NCBI GenBank assembly: GCA_030295235.1
Contig: AP026127.1
Coordinates: 434,001 to 498,000 of the forward strand
Direction: 5' to 3'
Source: Fistulifera solaris
Lineage: Eukaryota
Length of the DNA stretch: 64,000 nt
The notes beneath the pieces are model-generated. The model was not told where the DNA came from and ran no database searches. It was given only the letters and a program-made list of their open reading frames with translations. This document shows, one piece after another, positions 1-11,370 of the stretch. Within the stretch, counting starts at the first letter, position 1. Every line of letters begins with the position of its first letter. The position numbers were made by a program, and so were the translations under genes.

Positions 1-826
1 CCCAATCATGACGCGGAAGTAAATGAGGACTTTACTATTGTTCCAGAAGCCGTAACTGTAGTGCTCGGGCATCTGGGCTTCGCGGCTCAGTTCCACACGA
101 AATTTCTGCAGGCCAGCGGCACTTTTGCGGGAAATGGGGCTCATTTATAGCATCATGAACCAGCCCTCCACCGCGCAACAAAAAGAAATTCTCACAGCGA
201 TCAAAGAAAATCAGAACCTTCACCGACTGGAACTTGGGCGCTTTAATCTCGACATGATCTGGGATGAGTTACTGGAGATTATGAGTTCGCATACCAGTCT
301 TCGCGCCGTTGTTTTCTGGGAGAGTGAACCTGGTATGCATGCTTCACGTCAACCACATCTTGATGAACAGCAAACTAGCACTCTGAAGGTTTTCATGCAA
401 AAACATGAACATTTGGATATTTCTTTTGAAGTTTACGGTCCCTGGAAAGGTCGGCCAAGTAAAGTAGATACCATCGTTGCGCCGATACGCATCCGAAACC
501 GTGCCCGACGTTTGACACGCGAGTCTTCCCATGACCGCTCAGTCTTAGTCGCAGCTGCTTTGACGAAATGTGTCAGCGGTAACTTCAAAAAAACCGGTAT
601 TATGTTGAGCGAGAATGCTGACCTTCTCTGCTCTTTGATGGATCAACCCTTCAATTTCCTTTTGAGGCACCTCCCGAACGGCACCTTCAACAGGAGGAGG
701 ATCCTCAAGAACGGCTTCCGAAACGACGAAAGAGCTCTCGAAGCTCTGGCCCGTGATTTCCATTCGTGTTTCCTCACAATAGATAGTATTGAATTTAGTT
801 TGCGTGATAAACCTCCGATTATGTAG
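1..826 (+). CDS. 5'-truncated member of a lineage-expanded hypothetical (RNI/LRR-like) family; paralog of 1869-3427
   Basis: ORF 125-826 aligns by eye to the C-terminal half of ORF 2099-3427 (REMGLIYS/RELGMIYS; SHTSLRAVVFW/SHTSLRTVIFW; LLCSLMDQP/VLCSLVDQP). DNA similarity continues upstream of 125 across a frameshift. Confidence 0.7.
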
Positions 827-1868
827 AGTACAAGAATTCCATTTAGAACAAGGATGATATGACTTATAGCCAACTATGTCGCTCGCGCAAGGACTCTTCA
901 AGCTCGCAGTGAATCATTCCACCGGTCAATATTGTATCCTCAAGATGAACTAGGAACTCATTCCTAGGCACAAAAACGTTTGATTTAGGTTTCAGGGGTC
1001 TCGTCGGCTCATCAATGCAACAGCTGGTCACACTACTTGCAGTCACTAGGATTGTCGATTTTGCACGATACCATAGGAACCCATCGTTACGGTGATGCAT
1101 CGAGTTAGGACGTTCGCTGTCAATGGTTTTGTTTAAAGACGCTTCCATCGATGTTACCGAACTGTCGGATGTCGCTATCACCAGCAAAAACTGGTGCAAT
1201 ACCTTCAACTTCCTTTCACTTACGACGCAATAGCAAAAAGAATTCTCGCTATTCGATCAACAAGGCTGAACTCACTCCGCTGACGAGCTAAGCACGACAC
1301 CAAGCTGTAATAACCGGAATGGGGTGCTCTCTTTTGTTTGCAAAAATGAACCCGAGATATAATCCGTAATGATGTCGTACATCGGCCCGACCGAATGGAC
1401 GTATGCCGGCTTCAATGAATTCCTTCAACACTAGATCATCCTCCCGGCCTTTCAAGAACGGGACAACAACTACACGTTTCTTAGGGACATCATCATAACG
1501 TTTCAGAGTTGTTTTAACGACTCGTTAGACAGCTCAAAGCTTGTAACTTTGAACAAACAAGGCGTTGATGTCACACTCACACTGAGAGTTCACCTGATTT
1601 AATAACAGAAAGAGTCACGAGTCGTCAGTCACAACGTTTCTGACACTGTCTCTCTAGTAATTAAAAGCTCTCACCGGTACCAGCTATGCTAACACGAAAA
1701 AATGATGCCATTTTGTGCGAGCACATTTTCGCAAAGAAAACGAAAATGATCACACTTGAAGGAAATATCATCAGCTCATTCACCGAGCCGTGAACGATAG
1801 AAGCAATCGAGTATTCTTGTTGATCCATTCGAACCAACGAACAAGTTTTCACTAAAGCAAGAGACACA

Positions 1869-3427
1869 ATGGGCTGGTTTGAAAAGGTTCCTATCGAGGA
1901 ATTCGACGACGACAAGACGTTTCTCATGACGCAACTTCGCGCGACTAAATGGAGCTCGAAGATACAGTTTCACCGCAAACTCTGCTCTCCCAGCAGTGTT
2001 GAGGATCTTTTCAAGAATATGAAAAACAATACTCTCATCTGGATGAATAAAAGAGTTTTATTCTGCTCAACAAGCTACCCCAGTCGGTCCCGTTCGATGT
2101 GAACTTTCGAACGGCAACCGCGAGAGTCCTCTTTGGGGATGATAATTCTATCTTCATTTATGGGAAAACAGAGAGCGTCGTGGCGGACTGTCCTGCAAAA
2201 TTCTTATGCTTACAAGACGGAAGAAGCAAAAATGTTCAACTTGGGACTTATTACCGTAAGAAGAAAGATCCGTTCACCCCGACAAGTTTCCTCACGCCTG
2301 AATTCATGGAAACATTCACCAAAAAGAATCGAAACCGAAAACTCGAGCTGGGTCAATCTTGTATTCTTTCCCCAGAAGAATCGATTGCGTTGGCTTCGCA
2401 TCATCGCCCCATCAATCTGGATATTGGATGCCACTTTGAAGATGAAGGACAAGCATTCGTGAAAGCACTCTCACTACGAACTACCCACTTCGGTACACTT
2501 AGTTTGTGCAATCGCACTCCTAAAAGATTTTATGGGTCCTCTTTTCCCATGATCTCCCAAGTACTGAGTACGGTTTCCCAGATTGACCTAATCACGTGGA
2601 GCAGTGTTTTGACAAACGAGCAATTGATCCTCCCGCTAACTTCACCGGCGAGGCGAGTCGAGTATGACATTTGGGGCCGTACTTACTTGTCGAACAAAAT
2701 CAACCCCTTTAATGTCGTTCCCCGAGCAGTGATCCTGACGTTCGGTCACTGCATACCAGCCCGATTTCATACAAATTTTCTGCAGGGCAGCGGAAACGTC
2801 CGGGAGCTGGGAATGATCTATAGCAACCATGATCCACCCTCCAAGACACAACAAAAGGAGCTGCTGAAAGCAATCAAGAAGAATCAAAACCTGTATCAGC
2901 TGGAACTCGGGTGCTTGGATACCCTTTATGCTTTCTGGAAAAAGCTGCTAAAGGTGATAGGGTCTCACACCAGTCTTCGCACGGTGATTTTCTGGGTTCA
3001 CGGTCAAAATGTCCCAAGTCGATCCGATCTGCATCAGTTGGCAGCTTTAGTTTGGTTCATGAGCGAGCACATTCATTTGAACATTTTGTTCAAAACTGAT
3101 GGTTGGAAAACAGCTCTCTATAACAAAGCAGAGACCATGGTCAAGCCAACACGTCTCCAAAACCGTGACCGGGTCTTGACTCGCGTACCCGACCATGACC
3201 GCCCTGCAATGTTGGGAGCTGCTTTGACAATGTGGGCTCGTGGCAGTGTCACCGAAACAGGCGTTCTGTTGAACGAAAACGTGGATGTTCTCTGCTCTTT
3301 GGTCGATCAGCCCCTGGCTCTCCCCTCCGACTCGGAGGCACCTCCTGCGCGGCTCAATTTGCGGGTAAATGATACGGAAGGGCGTGTTCCGAAACGACGA
3401 AAACGCTCTCATAGCTCGAACCCCTGA
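1869..3427 (+). CDS. Hypothetical protein of an expanded lineage-specific RNI/LRR-like family
   Basis: ORF 1869-2102 plus the 442-aa ORF 2099-3427, joined by an apparent 1-nt frameshift. Leucine-periodic segments. Paralogs at 1-826 and 40149-41701. Confidence 0.7.
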
Positions 3428-3928
3428 TTTCCCTCATCCATTTTTCGGTCTTACCGAAAGATAAACATTGATATTTAGTATGCATAATGAATGATAAACC
3501 TCTGTCTTTAGTGGAAGTACAGTAGCATACACCATCCTGCTGCAACGATTGTGCAAAATCAAGCAACGTAGGCTCGTGGCAGCGCCGTTAAAATCGATAT
3601 TCTGTTAAGTGAAAATGTTCTATCCTCTTTGATCGATAAGCCGTCGGGCTTCCTCCTTTGGTGCACCTCCCGAACAACGTTTTCCGCACGAAACGACAAA
3701 AAAAGCTCTCGTATCTCGACCCCCAAATTACATTTATTTCCCCAGAACGCTAACTTGAAGTCGTATATAACAGTCAGAAGCGAGGAGAATGCAAGCGGAA
3801 GACGCAACAACTCATAGTGCCGAAGAAGCTGCTACTGTAGAAGCCCTTCGCTCGCAGATCGTTCCCCCCAAAAGCGTCGGCTCGTTTATAATACAGCACG
3901 TCGTCGACTTGAGCACGCCGTCAGAGTC

Positions 3929-4769
3929 TTACTCCTTCGGTCGAATGCAAATCCAAGGAAAACTTCGTACAATTTCGTAAATCATATCAATCGAACGCTC
4001 TTGACACGCCATTTGCAACGCAAAATGGTCCCTGCATCGAAACGGATTCGCATCGTGTTGCAGTAAAAGACGAACATACTCTCGGTAACCATTCCGAACA
4101 CTCGATTCGAGGGCTGTTACATTGTCTCGGGTAGAATCGATTTTCAAAGAGGGATGCTGCAACAAGAGTTGCAGAATTTGCAAACGTTTCGGTTCCAGTC
4201 GCCAACCATTGGGATTTTCTTGACAATTCAAATGCAACGCCGTATGGCCTGTGGCATTGGGGGCATTGACGTCCAGGTCGGGGCATTGCAGGAGTGTTTC
4301 GACCGCCGCGACGCGTTTGTGGACGACCGCAAACAACAACGGCGTAAGACCCAACAAATGTTCGCGGTGATTCACTTCGGCACCCTGTTGAATCAATAAA
4401 CGAATCAATGAAGGATGATTCCATGAAACCGCTTCAAAGAGCGGCGTTCGTCCATCCAGATCGGTCGCGTTCACGTCGGCCCGATGTTGCAACAACAGAT
4501 GGACCATGGGCAAGTTGCGATCCGTCACAGCATTCATCAATGGACAACCCATTTGGACATTGACTCCTAATTCAAAAAAAGACGCGCCATTTCAAACGTC
4601 CCGTCAGTGTCACAAAATCAAAGGGCGTTTGATGTTGCGCAAAGACGGGTAAATGCAGCAACTCGGGATAGTCCTTCGAGCAGCGACGGACCGTCGAGAC
4701 ATCGCTGTCGTACAAGGCACATGTAAATTGCTCTCGAATGGATGAAGGAATGATGTAGGGTTGTGGCAT
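3929..4769 (-). CDS. Ankyrin repeat protein
   Basis: Ankyrin consensus repeats (GRTPLFEAV, GLTPLLFAV, GHTALHLNC, DVNA). N-terminal ORF 4572-4769 joins across a homopolymer run near 4574-4580. Confidence 0.85.
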
Positions 4770-4792
4770 TCTTTTGTTGTTGATAATATGTT

Positions 4793-6050
4793 ATGTTGCT
4801 GATGAAAAAATCGTCTCATTATTATTTGTTCTCCTCTAAAAGCTGCGCAGATCGTCTTGCTCTGATTTTACTATGGTACAATGTGTTGGTTTACGGCAAC
4901 CACGACTGCCTTAGAGTCACGAGTCAAATAATTTTTGACCCAGATTGCTACCGGGTACCTAATTGCCTTTCGTACTGCAAAGTTGTTAATCTGTTTGTGA
5001 CTTGTGCTCAACTTATCAATTCAATGTTGCAGCGTTCTTCTCATTTGTTGTTGTCTAAAAAGCTGTTCAGATCGTCTCGTTCAGATTTTACTATAGTACA
5101 AAGTGTTGGTTTACGGCGACCAAGACTGCCTTTCAGTAACGAGTCAAATTATTTTGACCAAGATTGCTACCGGGTACCATTAACTTTCGTACTGCAAAGT
5201 TGTTAATCTGCTTGTGACAACATATTTCTTTTTAAATTCGATGTTGCAGCGCTCTTCTCATTTGTTCTCGTCTAAAAAGATGCGCAGATCGTCTTGTTCA
5301 AATATTACTATGGTACAAAGTGTTGGTTTAGGGCAACCACGACTGCCTTTCATTAACGAGTCATATTATTTTAGACCAAATTGCTACCGGGTACCTATTT
5401 ACCTTTCGTACTTGTTTAAGTGACTTGAACACAATTTAGTTTTTTTTAAATTCAGTGTTGCAGCGCTCTTCTCATTTGTTGTCGTCTAAAAAGCTGCGCA
5501 GATCGTCTTGCTCTGATTTTACTATGGTACAATGTGTTGGTTTACGGCAACCACGACTGCCTTCCAGTCACGAGTCGAATCATTGTTGACCCAGATTGCT
5601 ACCGGGTACCTAATTGCCTTTCGTACTGCAAAGTTGTTAATCTGTTTGTGACTTGAAAATAACCTAATTTATAAAAATCCAATGTTGCAGCGCTCTTCTC
5701 ATTTGTTGTCGTCTAAAAAGCTGTGCAGATCGTCTAGCTCTGATTTTACTATAAAACAATGTGTTGGTTTACGGCGACCAAGACTGCCTTCCAGTCACTA
5801 GTCAAATTTTTATTGACCTAGATTGCTACCGGGTACCTATTTACCTTTCGTACTGCACAGTTGTTGATCTGTTTTGTGACTTGAACATAGCTTAATTTTC
5901 AATAAAAATTTAATGTTGCAGCGTTTTCTCATTTGTTGTCGTCTAAAAGCCGTGCAGATCGTGTTGCTCTGATTTTACTATAGTACAATGTGTTGGTTTA
6001 AGGTAACCACGACTGACTTTCGGACATGAGTCAAAACATTAACTTTCTCC
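4793..6050 (+). repeat. Tandem array 1: about 6 diverged units of 214-229 bp (dispersed ACTAT/GTGTTG/GACTG-CAGTC family)
   Basis: Core ATTTTACTAT recurs at about 4865, 5085, 5302, 5516, 5743 and 5972. Units also share ATGTTGCAGCG, CGTCTAAAAAGC and GCTACCGGGTACC. Confidence 0.95.
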
Positions 6051-6204
6051 GACGGTACCAACTCTCTTTCATCCCCGTAAAATGCCAATCATTTGAAAGC
6101 AGCAAAAGATCCAAAAGCAAGCATAAACTTATGCATAATAATGGCTATTTATGATAGCTTCTTGCTGAATGAGAATCTCCGTCCCATCTATAAAACCGAG
6201 TTCC

Positions 6205-6520
6205 ACACCGACTGAGTAGCACAGTTGGTTACTCTCCGGTTGACGAAACCGGAGGGGCGAGGTTCGATACGGTGGTTGGTCGATCTTGGCGCCAAGCGCC
6301 GTAGATGAGAGTCTTGAGACGATCGGTGGTCCCCGGTCGTGTCTGAATCAGATAGGAGCCCCTCTGTTCGCATGATTCCATGTTTGACCTGGCAGCGGTT
6401 CGGTGTTCGGTGGATTTCATCCATTGTCCATTGGGTCAGTTGTGTTTCTCTAACTTGTATTAGGGATTCGGTTCTCTTGTAGGGATAGGACGTAAGCATA
6501 GTAAATTCTAGCCGTTTTAT
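6205..6520 (+). mobile_element. tRNA-derived SINE-like insertion
   Basis: Flanking direct repeat AAACCGAGTTCC at 6193-6204 and 6521-6532. Pol III A-box TAGCACAGTTGG (6217-6228) and B-box GGTTCGATAC (6261-6270). Stem CTCCGGTT/AACCGGAG between them. TTTT at 6515-6518. Confidence 0.65.
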
Positions 6521-6679
6521 AAACCGAGTTCCCTGTACAGTATGTAGTATGTGTGATAAAGAGATTGTCGCAGAAGCACTCGAGAGTGACCAACAGATTT
6601 TTTCGAAACAAAAATTTTTCATTTCATTGCATCTCCTGCCATTCTCTCGAAAATAGAATCATAACCACTCTTTTATACA

Positions 6680-7685
6680 ATGAGCCGCCGCATTGGATGC
6701 ATTCAAATTGTGATGGGACCCGCCGGTTCCGGCAAAACAACGTACTGTCAAGCCATGCAACAACATATGCCTTCGGCCCGCATTGCCAATTTGGATCCGG
6801 CGGCCGAAGATGATTCGTTGCCGTACGAACCTTCCATGGATGTCCGCGAACTCATTTCCGTTCCGGAAGTCATGGAAGAATTACAATTAGGACCGAACGG
6901 GGCGTTGTTGTATTGTATGGAGTATTTGTTGGAGCATTTGGAAGATTGGTTTCGGGATGAATTGGATGCCTTGGAAGATGAAGAAGGTTACTTGATACTG
7001 GATTGTCCGGGACAAATTGAACTTTATACACATGTTCCGATTATGCGACAAATACTGGACAGGATGCAGCAATGGGGGTAAGTTATTTGTGTGTCGGTTA
7101 CAGTCGTGCGACTCGTTTCTCACACGTGTTGCTTCCAGTTACGGCCCCAGCATGGTGGCGGTCTTTTGTATCGACTCCGCGTTCTGTATTGATGCGAGTA
7201 AATTTCTGTCTGGTACCTTGTTGTCCTTGTCGGCCATGGTGGCGTTGGAATTGCCACACGTGACCATTTTAACGAAATGCGACCTCATGGACGAACGGGA
7301 AGTCGAACGCATCTTGGAATATGGCAGTGCTCAAGCCATTTGGGATCGGGAACAGGATCGACAAACCTTATTGCGGAGAACGAATTGGAATAATTATGAT
7401 TTAGATGTCGTCGAGCCGGAACCGAATCCAACGACCATCAGTCCGGAAGAGAAAGAACGTATACAATTGTTAGAAGACCGACGTTTGAGACGAGAACGTT
7501 TGACGCAATCCATTTCACAAGTACTGGATGATTGGCAAATGGTGAGTTTTGTTCCCCTCAATATCCGTGACGAGGAATCGTTGGATCATGTCTTTTCCTT
7601 GGTAAATCATGCGGTTCAATATGGTGAAGACTTGGAAGTCAAGGAACCGCCACATGATTTTGACGACGACGATGGTCCCATGTAG
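6680..7685 (+). CDS. GPN3: GPN-loop GTPase 3 (intron 7078-7138)
   Basis: GPAGSGKTTYC P-loop, NLDPAAE, LGPNGALLYCMEYL, DCPGQIELYTH, TKCDL and QYGEDLEVKEP. A GTAAGT...CAG intron joins the two ORFs in frame. Confidence 0.93.
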
Positions 7686-7903
7686 CATCACGGCATTGCA
7701 TTTCGCCGCTTTTCTGTGGTTCGTCGCGACGCAGCTTGAATTCGGTTTGACATTACGCACAGAGGTCTTTTCAAGAGCAAATAATACTTTCATTGGACGG
7801 TAGAGAGAGGTCTCCTTTCGTCATGACGAATTGCGTGAACATAGTATTTTTAATATTATCACAGAATCCTACAAAAATTTGATTTACCGCATGGCATTTT
7901 TAT

Positions 7904-9169
7904 TTAGCATTGAGCCGGGGCAATCCCTATAGTTCCTCGTTTCCAATCAAACAAGATATCATGTCCCATCATGGCATTGATGCCCAATACGGCACCTTCG
8001 GGTTCATCCACATAAATACGATTCGACCAAATATTGGTTCCTCCTGCTTTGCGTTCCATGTAATGTTCGGGTGGAATGGTAATATTGACATGTCCCGGTT
8101 CGAATACTAACGTCAGGACGGGCAATCGCTTCCATTCTCGTTCCGTATACGATCCGGTGCGTTCCGTAAACTGCCGTCCCGTTTGTTCTTCCCAAGCTTC
8201 TTGAAAGGCATCGGCCAACGCTTGTGGTAAAAAGGTATCGGTCGTTCCCGAATCCAAAATCGTCCCTCGTCCGGTCGCAAAGGCTTGAATAAATTCATCG
8301 GTCGTTTCGTCACATGTCAAACAAAGGGTGCCGACCCAAATGGCTTGGACTATGACACTGTACATGCCTTTGGTCGTTTGACGATTCAAGGTGGCGTGTA
8401 GCATCGGTGTTTGGTGTTTCTCCAATAAAGCACCACTCAAGGCCATCCATCCACCCGTTGGGGTCAAACAGAGCGAAAAGGCGTCGGGAGATGTTTCCGC
8501 TTCATTCAATGACAGTATCCCGTGATCACGCAAGGTAGACAAAAGGAAAATTCGGAATATTCCAGACCCAAAATCCCATCGGCGAGTTGTTTCGTAAACA
8601 ATCCGGTCAATTTGGTTTGACAGCCAAAGGTAAAGGCGACGGTCGAATACGGCAACGATGCTTCGTAATCGTCCTCGTCGTGTCCTACAGACAAGGTCAC
8701 CAGATCCGTGACTTCATACGCCGACCATCGGGATCCTTCCGTATAATGTTGTTGCAGAAGACATTGCGACTGTTCTCGAACACTGACGGGAAACTGACAC
8801 GTTGTTGTATTATTATCAGAAAATCCGTGCACCTTCAAGGTGACCGACGACGTTGAGGATTGCAAGGGATCGTAATACCGAGCACTTTGGTGTTGCCCAC
8901 AATGAGGACAGGGTTCACAGACCCACGCCGACAATCGCGATCCCGTATCGAGAATGAGCGTTTGTAAGACCGGTGGTTGTCCGACCCACAATTGAATGTG
9001 ATGCGTCCCCGTGTGCGCCGATAGTGGCCATCGCACGGTCGCGTTGCGGACGGCGTCGGCGACCCGAAAAAAGAAGCAGGAGACGGATCATAATATTGGT
9101 AGCATGCTTGTAAATCGTCGTACTTGGTAATTGTATGAGTCTCCTTTTATTCCTCAAAGTCATCAGCAT
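7904..9169 (-). CDS. Pepsin-like (A1) aspartic protease; 5' end uncertain
   Basis: Catalytic motifs ILDTGS and ILDSGTT, plus YTEGS, FGCQ...ADGILGL and VLGINAMMGHDILFD. Split over three ORFs by frameshifts. Confidence 0.85.
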
Positions 9170-9457
9170 CGAACGATATCGCGTCGCACTCTCTTTTCAC
9201 GCGTTCTTGACAAAAGGGGGAGTTTTGCAAGTAAGCAGAAAAGTACCGGTACGATGACGGAAACTATGTTTGCGGAACAATATTCGCCAGGAACCCGGAA
9301 AGCATTACTACGTACTGCGTTTTAGCGAATAATCACAATGCCGACATAGGGAACGATAGAGGTGTACAATAGCAAAGCATGACCAAAGTTTGAATGAACC
9401 GGTCTTCATTCTTCTTCATTCCATTCCGGGAAAATTTCGGCTGAAAAGTCATCTTTC

Positions 9458-9722
9458 TTCGTGACTGAATTGCAGTCGTGGAAAATCAGAGCAACACTTT
9501 GGGTCTATAGTGTATCCGAAGACAATGATTCACATAGACTCCAGACGTAGAAAAAGGTGGTTCGCGTTGCCAGCGCCATGGTAGGTAATGATATCGATGG
9601 AAAGACAAATGGAACCTCTAGAGAGCAAGCCGAACGAACGGAGAGTGCCGCTCCAAAATTGGATTCGTGACTGCAACCCACTCGTGGAAAAAGTAATCTA
9701 CAGTTTGGGATTATAGTGAAAT
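9458..9722 (-). repeat. Two tandem minus-strand copies (about 206 bp apart) of the dispersed repeat core
   Basis: Reverse complements read ACTATAGACCCAAAGTGTTGCTCTGATTTTCCACGACTGCAATTCAGTCACGAA (9458-9512) and ATTTCACTATAATCCCAAACTGTAG...CCACGAGTGGGTTGCAGTCACGAAT (9663-9722). Confidence 0.75.
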
Positions 9723-10015
9723 TGGACAAGGACGATTCCAAGGATTTTGACCTAAAGAATCGACGCTTGCATATATTATAACCAAGCTGCTAGGATAATT
9801 TTATCTTAATGAATGAGATATGAATAACTTATGAGTCGGTAAGTTGCGATTAGATGTAAGAACCCCATCGACCCGGGACAGAGGTCGACAACGTCTCATA
9901 CTTCTCCTTGTCATGACAAAACGGTACCTCCCTTTTTCGGATTTGTTGTTCGTCCTCAAGCATGAGCGACAAGCTCATCAATAGGAGGAAATAAATTGAA
10001 AGAAGCAGGATAAAA

Positions 10016-11176
10016 TCATGTCCAGTGGGCATTCTTCCGATGCACGGAAATGGGCATGCGTTCTCGCACCGATTGGATGTTTGAGAGGTCGATATCGCAT
10101 GTTACAATGCTCGGTGGTTCGACGACAGGTCGATCCACGCCTCCCGCGTCCACCACGACTTCTCCCCAGGGATTGACAACGAGAGAATGTCCATAACTAC
10201 ATCGTTTCGGATTGTGCTGTCCATATTGCGCCGCCGCAATAACATAGCATTGCTGTTCGATGGCGCGGGCTGTCAGAGACGAAAAGTGAGACTGCGTTTT
10301 GACAGAGTCGAAACTCGTTTCCGTTCGTACCTCGCAACAAGATATGCCAGTGCGCACTACCCGTGGGCACCGTAAAGGCCGAGGGCACCAACAACACTTC
10401 GGCACCACGTTCGACCAATTCTATATACAGTTCCGGAAATCGTACATCGTAACACGTGGACAGTCCCAAGCGGCCTGTATGTGAAAGGGAAGGATGATGA
10501 GATGGATCGATCGTATACTTGCTGTTGATTCTAAGACGCACGCACCAATGGGAGAATCGCACACGACGAGTTCGTGACCCGGAAGGGTCGTTTTGCTTTC
10601 GCGCAAATCGACTTTACCGGGTATGTGGACATCAAAGAGATGGATTTTGTTATAGTGACATCGTACTTCTCCTTGATGATTCAAAATGAGGTGCGTATTG
10701 TAGACTTTGGTTTCCGAGCGGACGTGCATGCCTCCGGCCGAAATCCACAATTGACTGTGACGAGCAATTAATTGAAGGCCATCGAGCAAAGAAATTGGGT
10801 GATTGTCGATAGTTTGGAGTGTATCACGGTTGATTTCTCTGCCCTCGACGACTGACACGAGTGCTTGCGACACGGCTGGGTCATTTGTCGCAATCTTTTC
10901 GTCGATCAGCGGCTCGGCATTCTTCAGCGTCTCTTCGGAAGATTCCCCCATGTATCCGAAACATTCGGGTAAAAACAGCATGACACAATTCTGTTGTCGC
11001 GCCTGATGAGCACATTGGGCAATCTTCAGCAAATTGTCGACTTTGGAAGATGTCGAACACAATTGGGCTACGGCAATGGTGTTCGACATGGTCGACAAGG
11101 ATCGTGCTCTGCCGAGGCCCGTCGAGACCGAAACAACAACTTGGAGAGTCGTCCTTAACTTGGAAAAGTTGTGCAT
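10016..11176 (-). CDS. NIT1: Nitrilase-family NIT1-like (deaminated glutathione amidase), multi-exon
   Basis: [14 protein letters not shown] (catalytic Glu), YNKIHLFDV (Lys), [12 protein letters not shown] (Cys), [13 protein letters not shown] and [36 protein letters not shown]. Two short introns inferred. Confidence 0.9.
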
Positions 11177-11370
11177 GAATAGTTAGAGAATGCGCTATTG
11201 TTCGTTTGTGATCATTCTTTTAGCTGGTTCTAATAAAAAGGCACGAGGTGCAGTTTTCGATGACAATGGGTTGATATTGCACTACCAACGGCTATTCAAC
11301 ACGATTTGTCGATAACAGCAGATAATCCGTTGACATTTCAAAGTAGTACAGAGAAACATAAATCAACACT

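Noticed and set aside
864..1660. Short ORFs between the two paralogs
   Set aside because: No motifs or convincing homology were visible. The region may be decayed coding sequence, but that cannot be supported by eye.
6205..6285. Functional tRNA gene or hammerhead ribozyme
   Set aside because: The T-arm and D-arm do not pair properly and the anticodon arm is non-canonical. There is no CTGANGA hammerhead core. It is treated as a SINE head.
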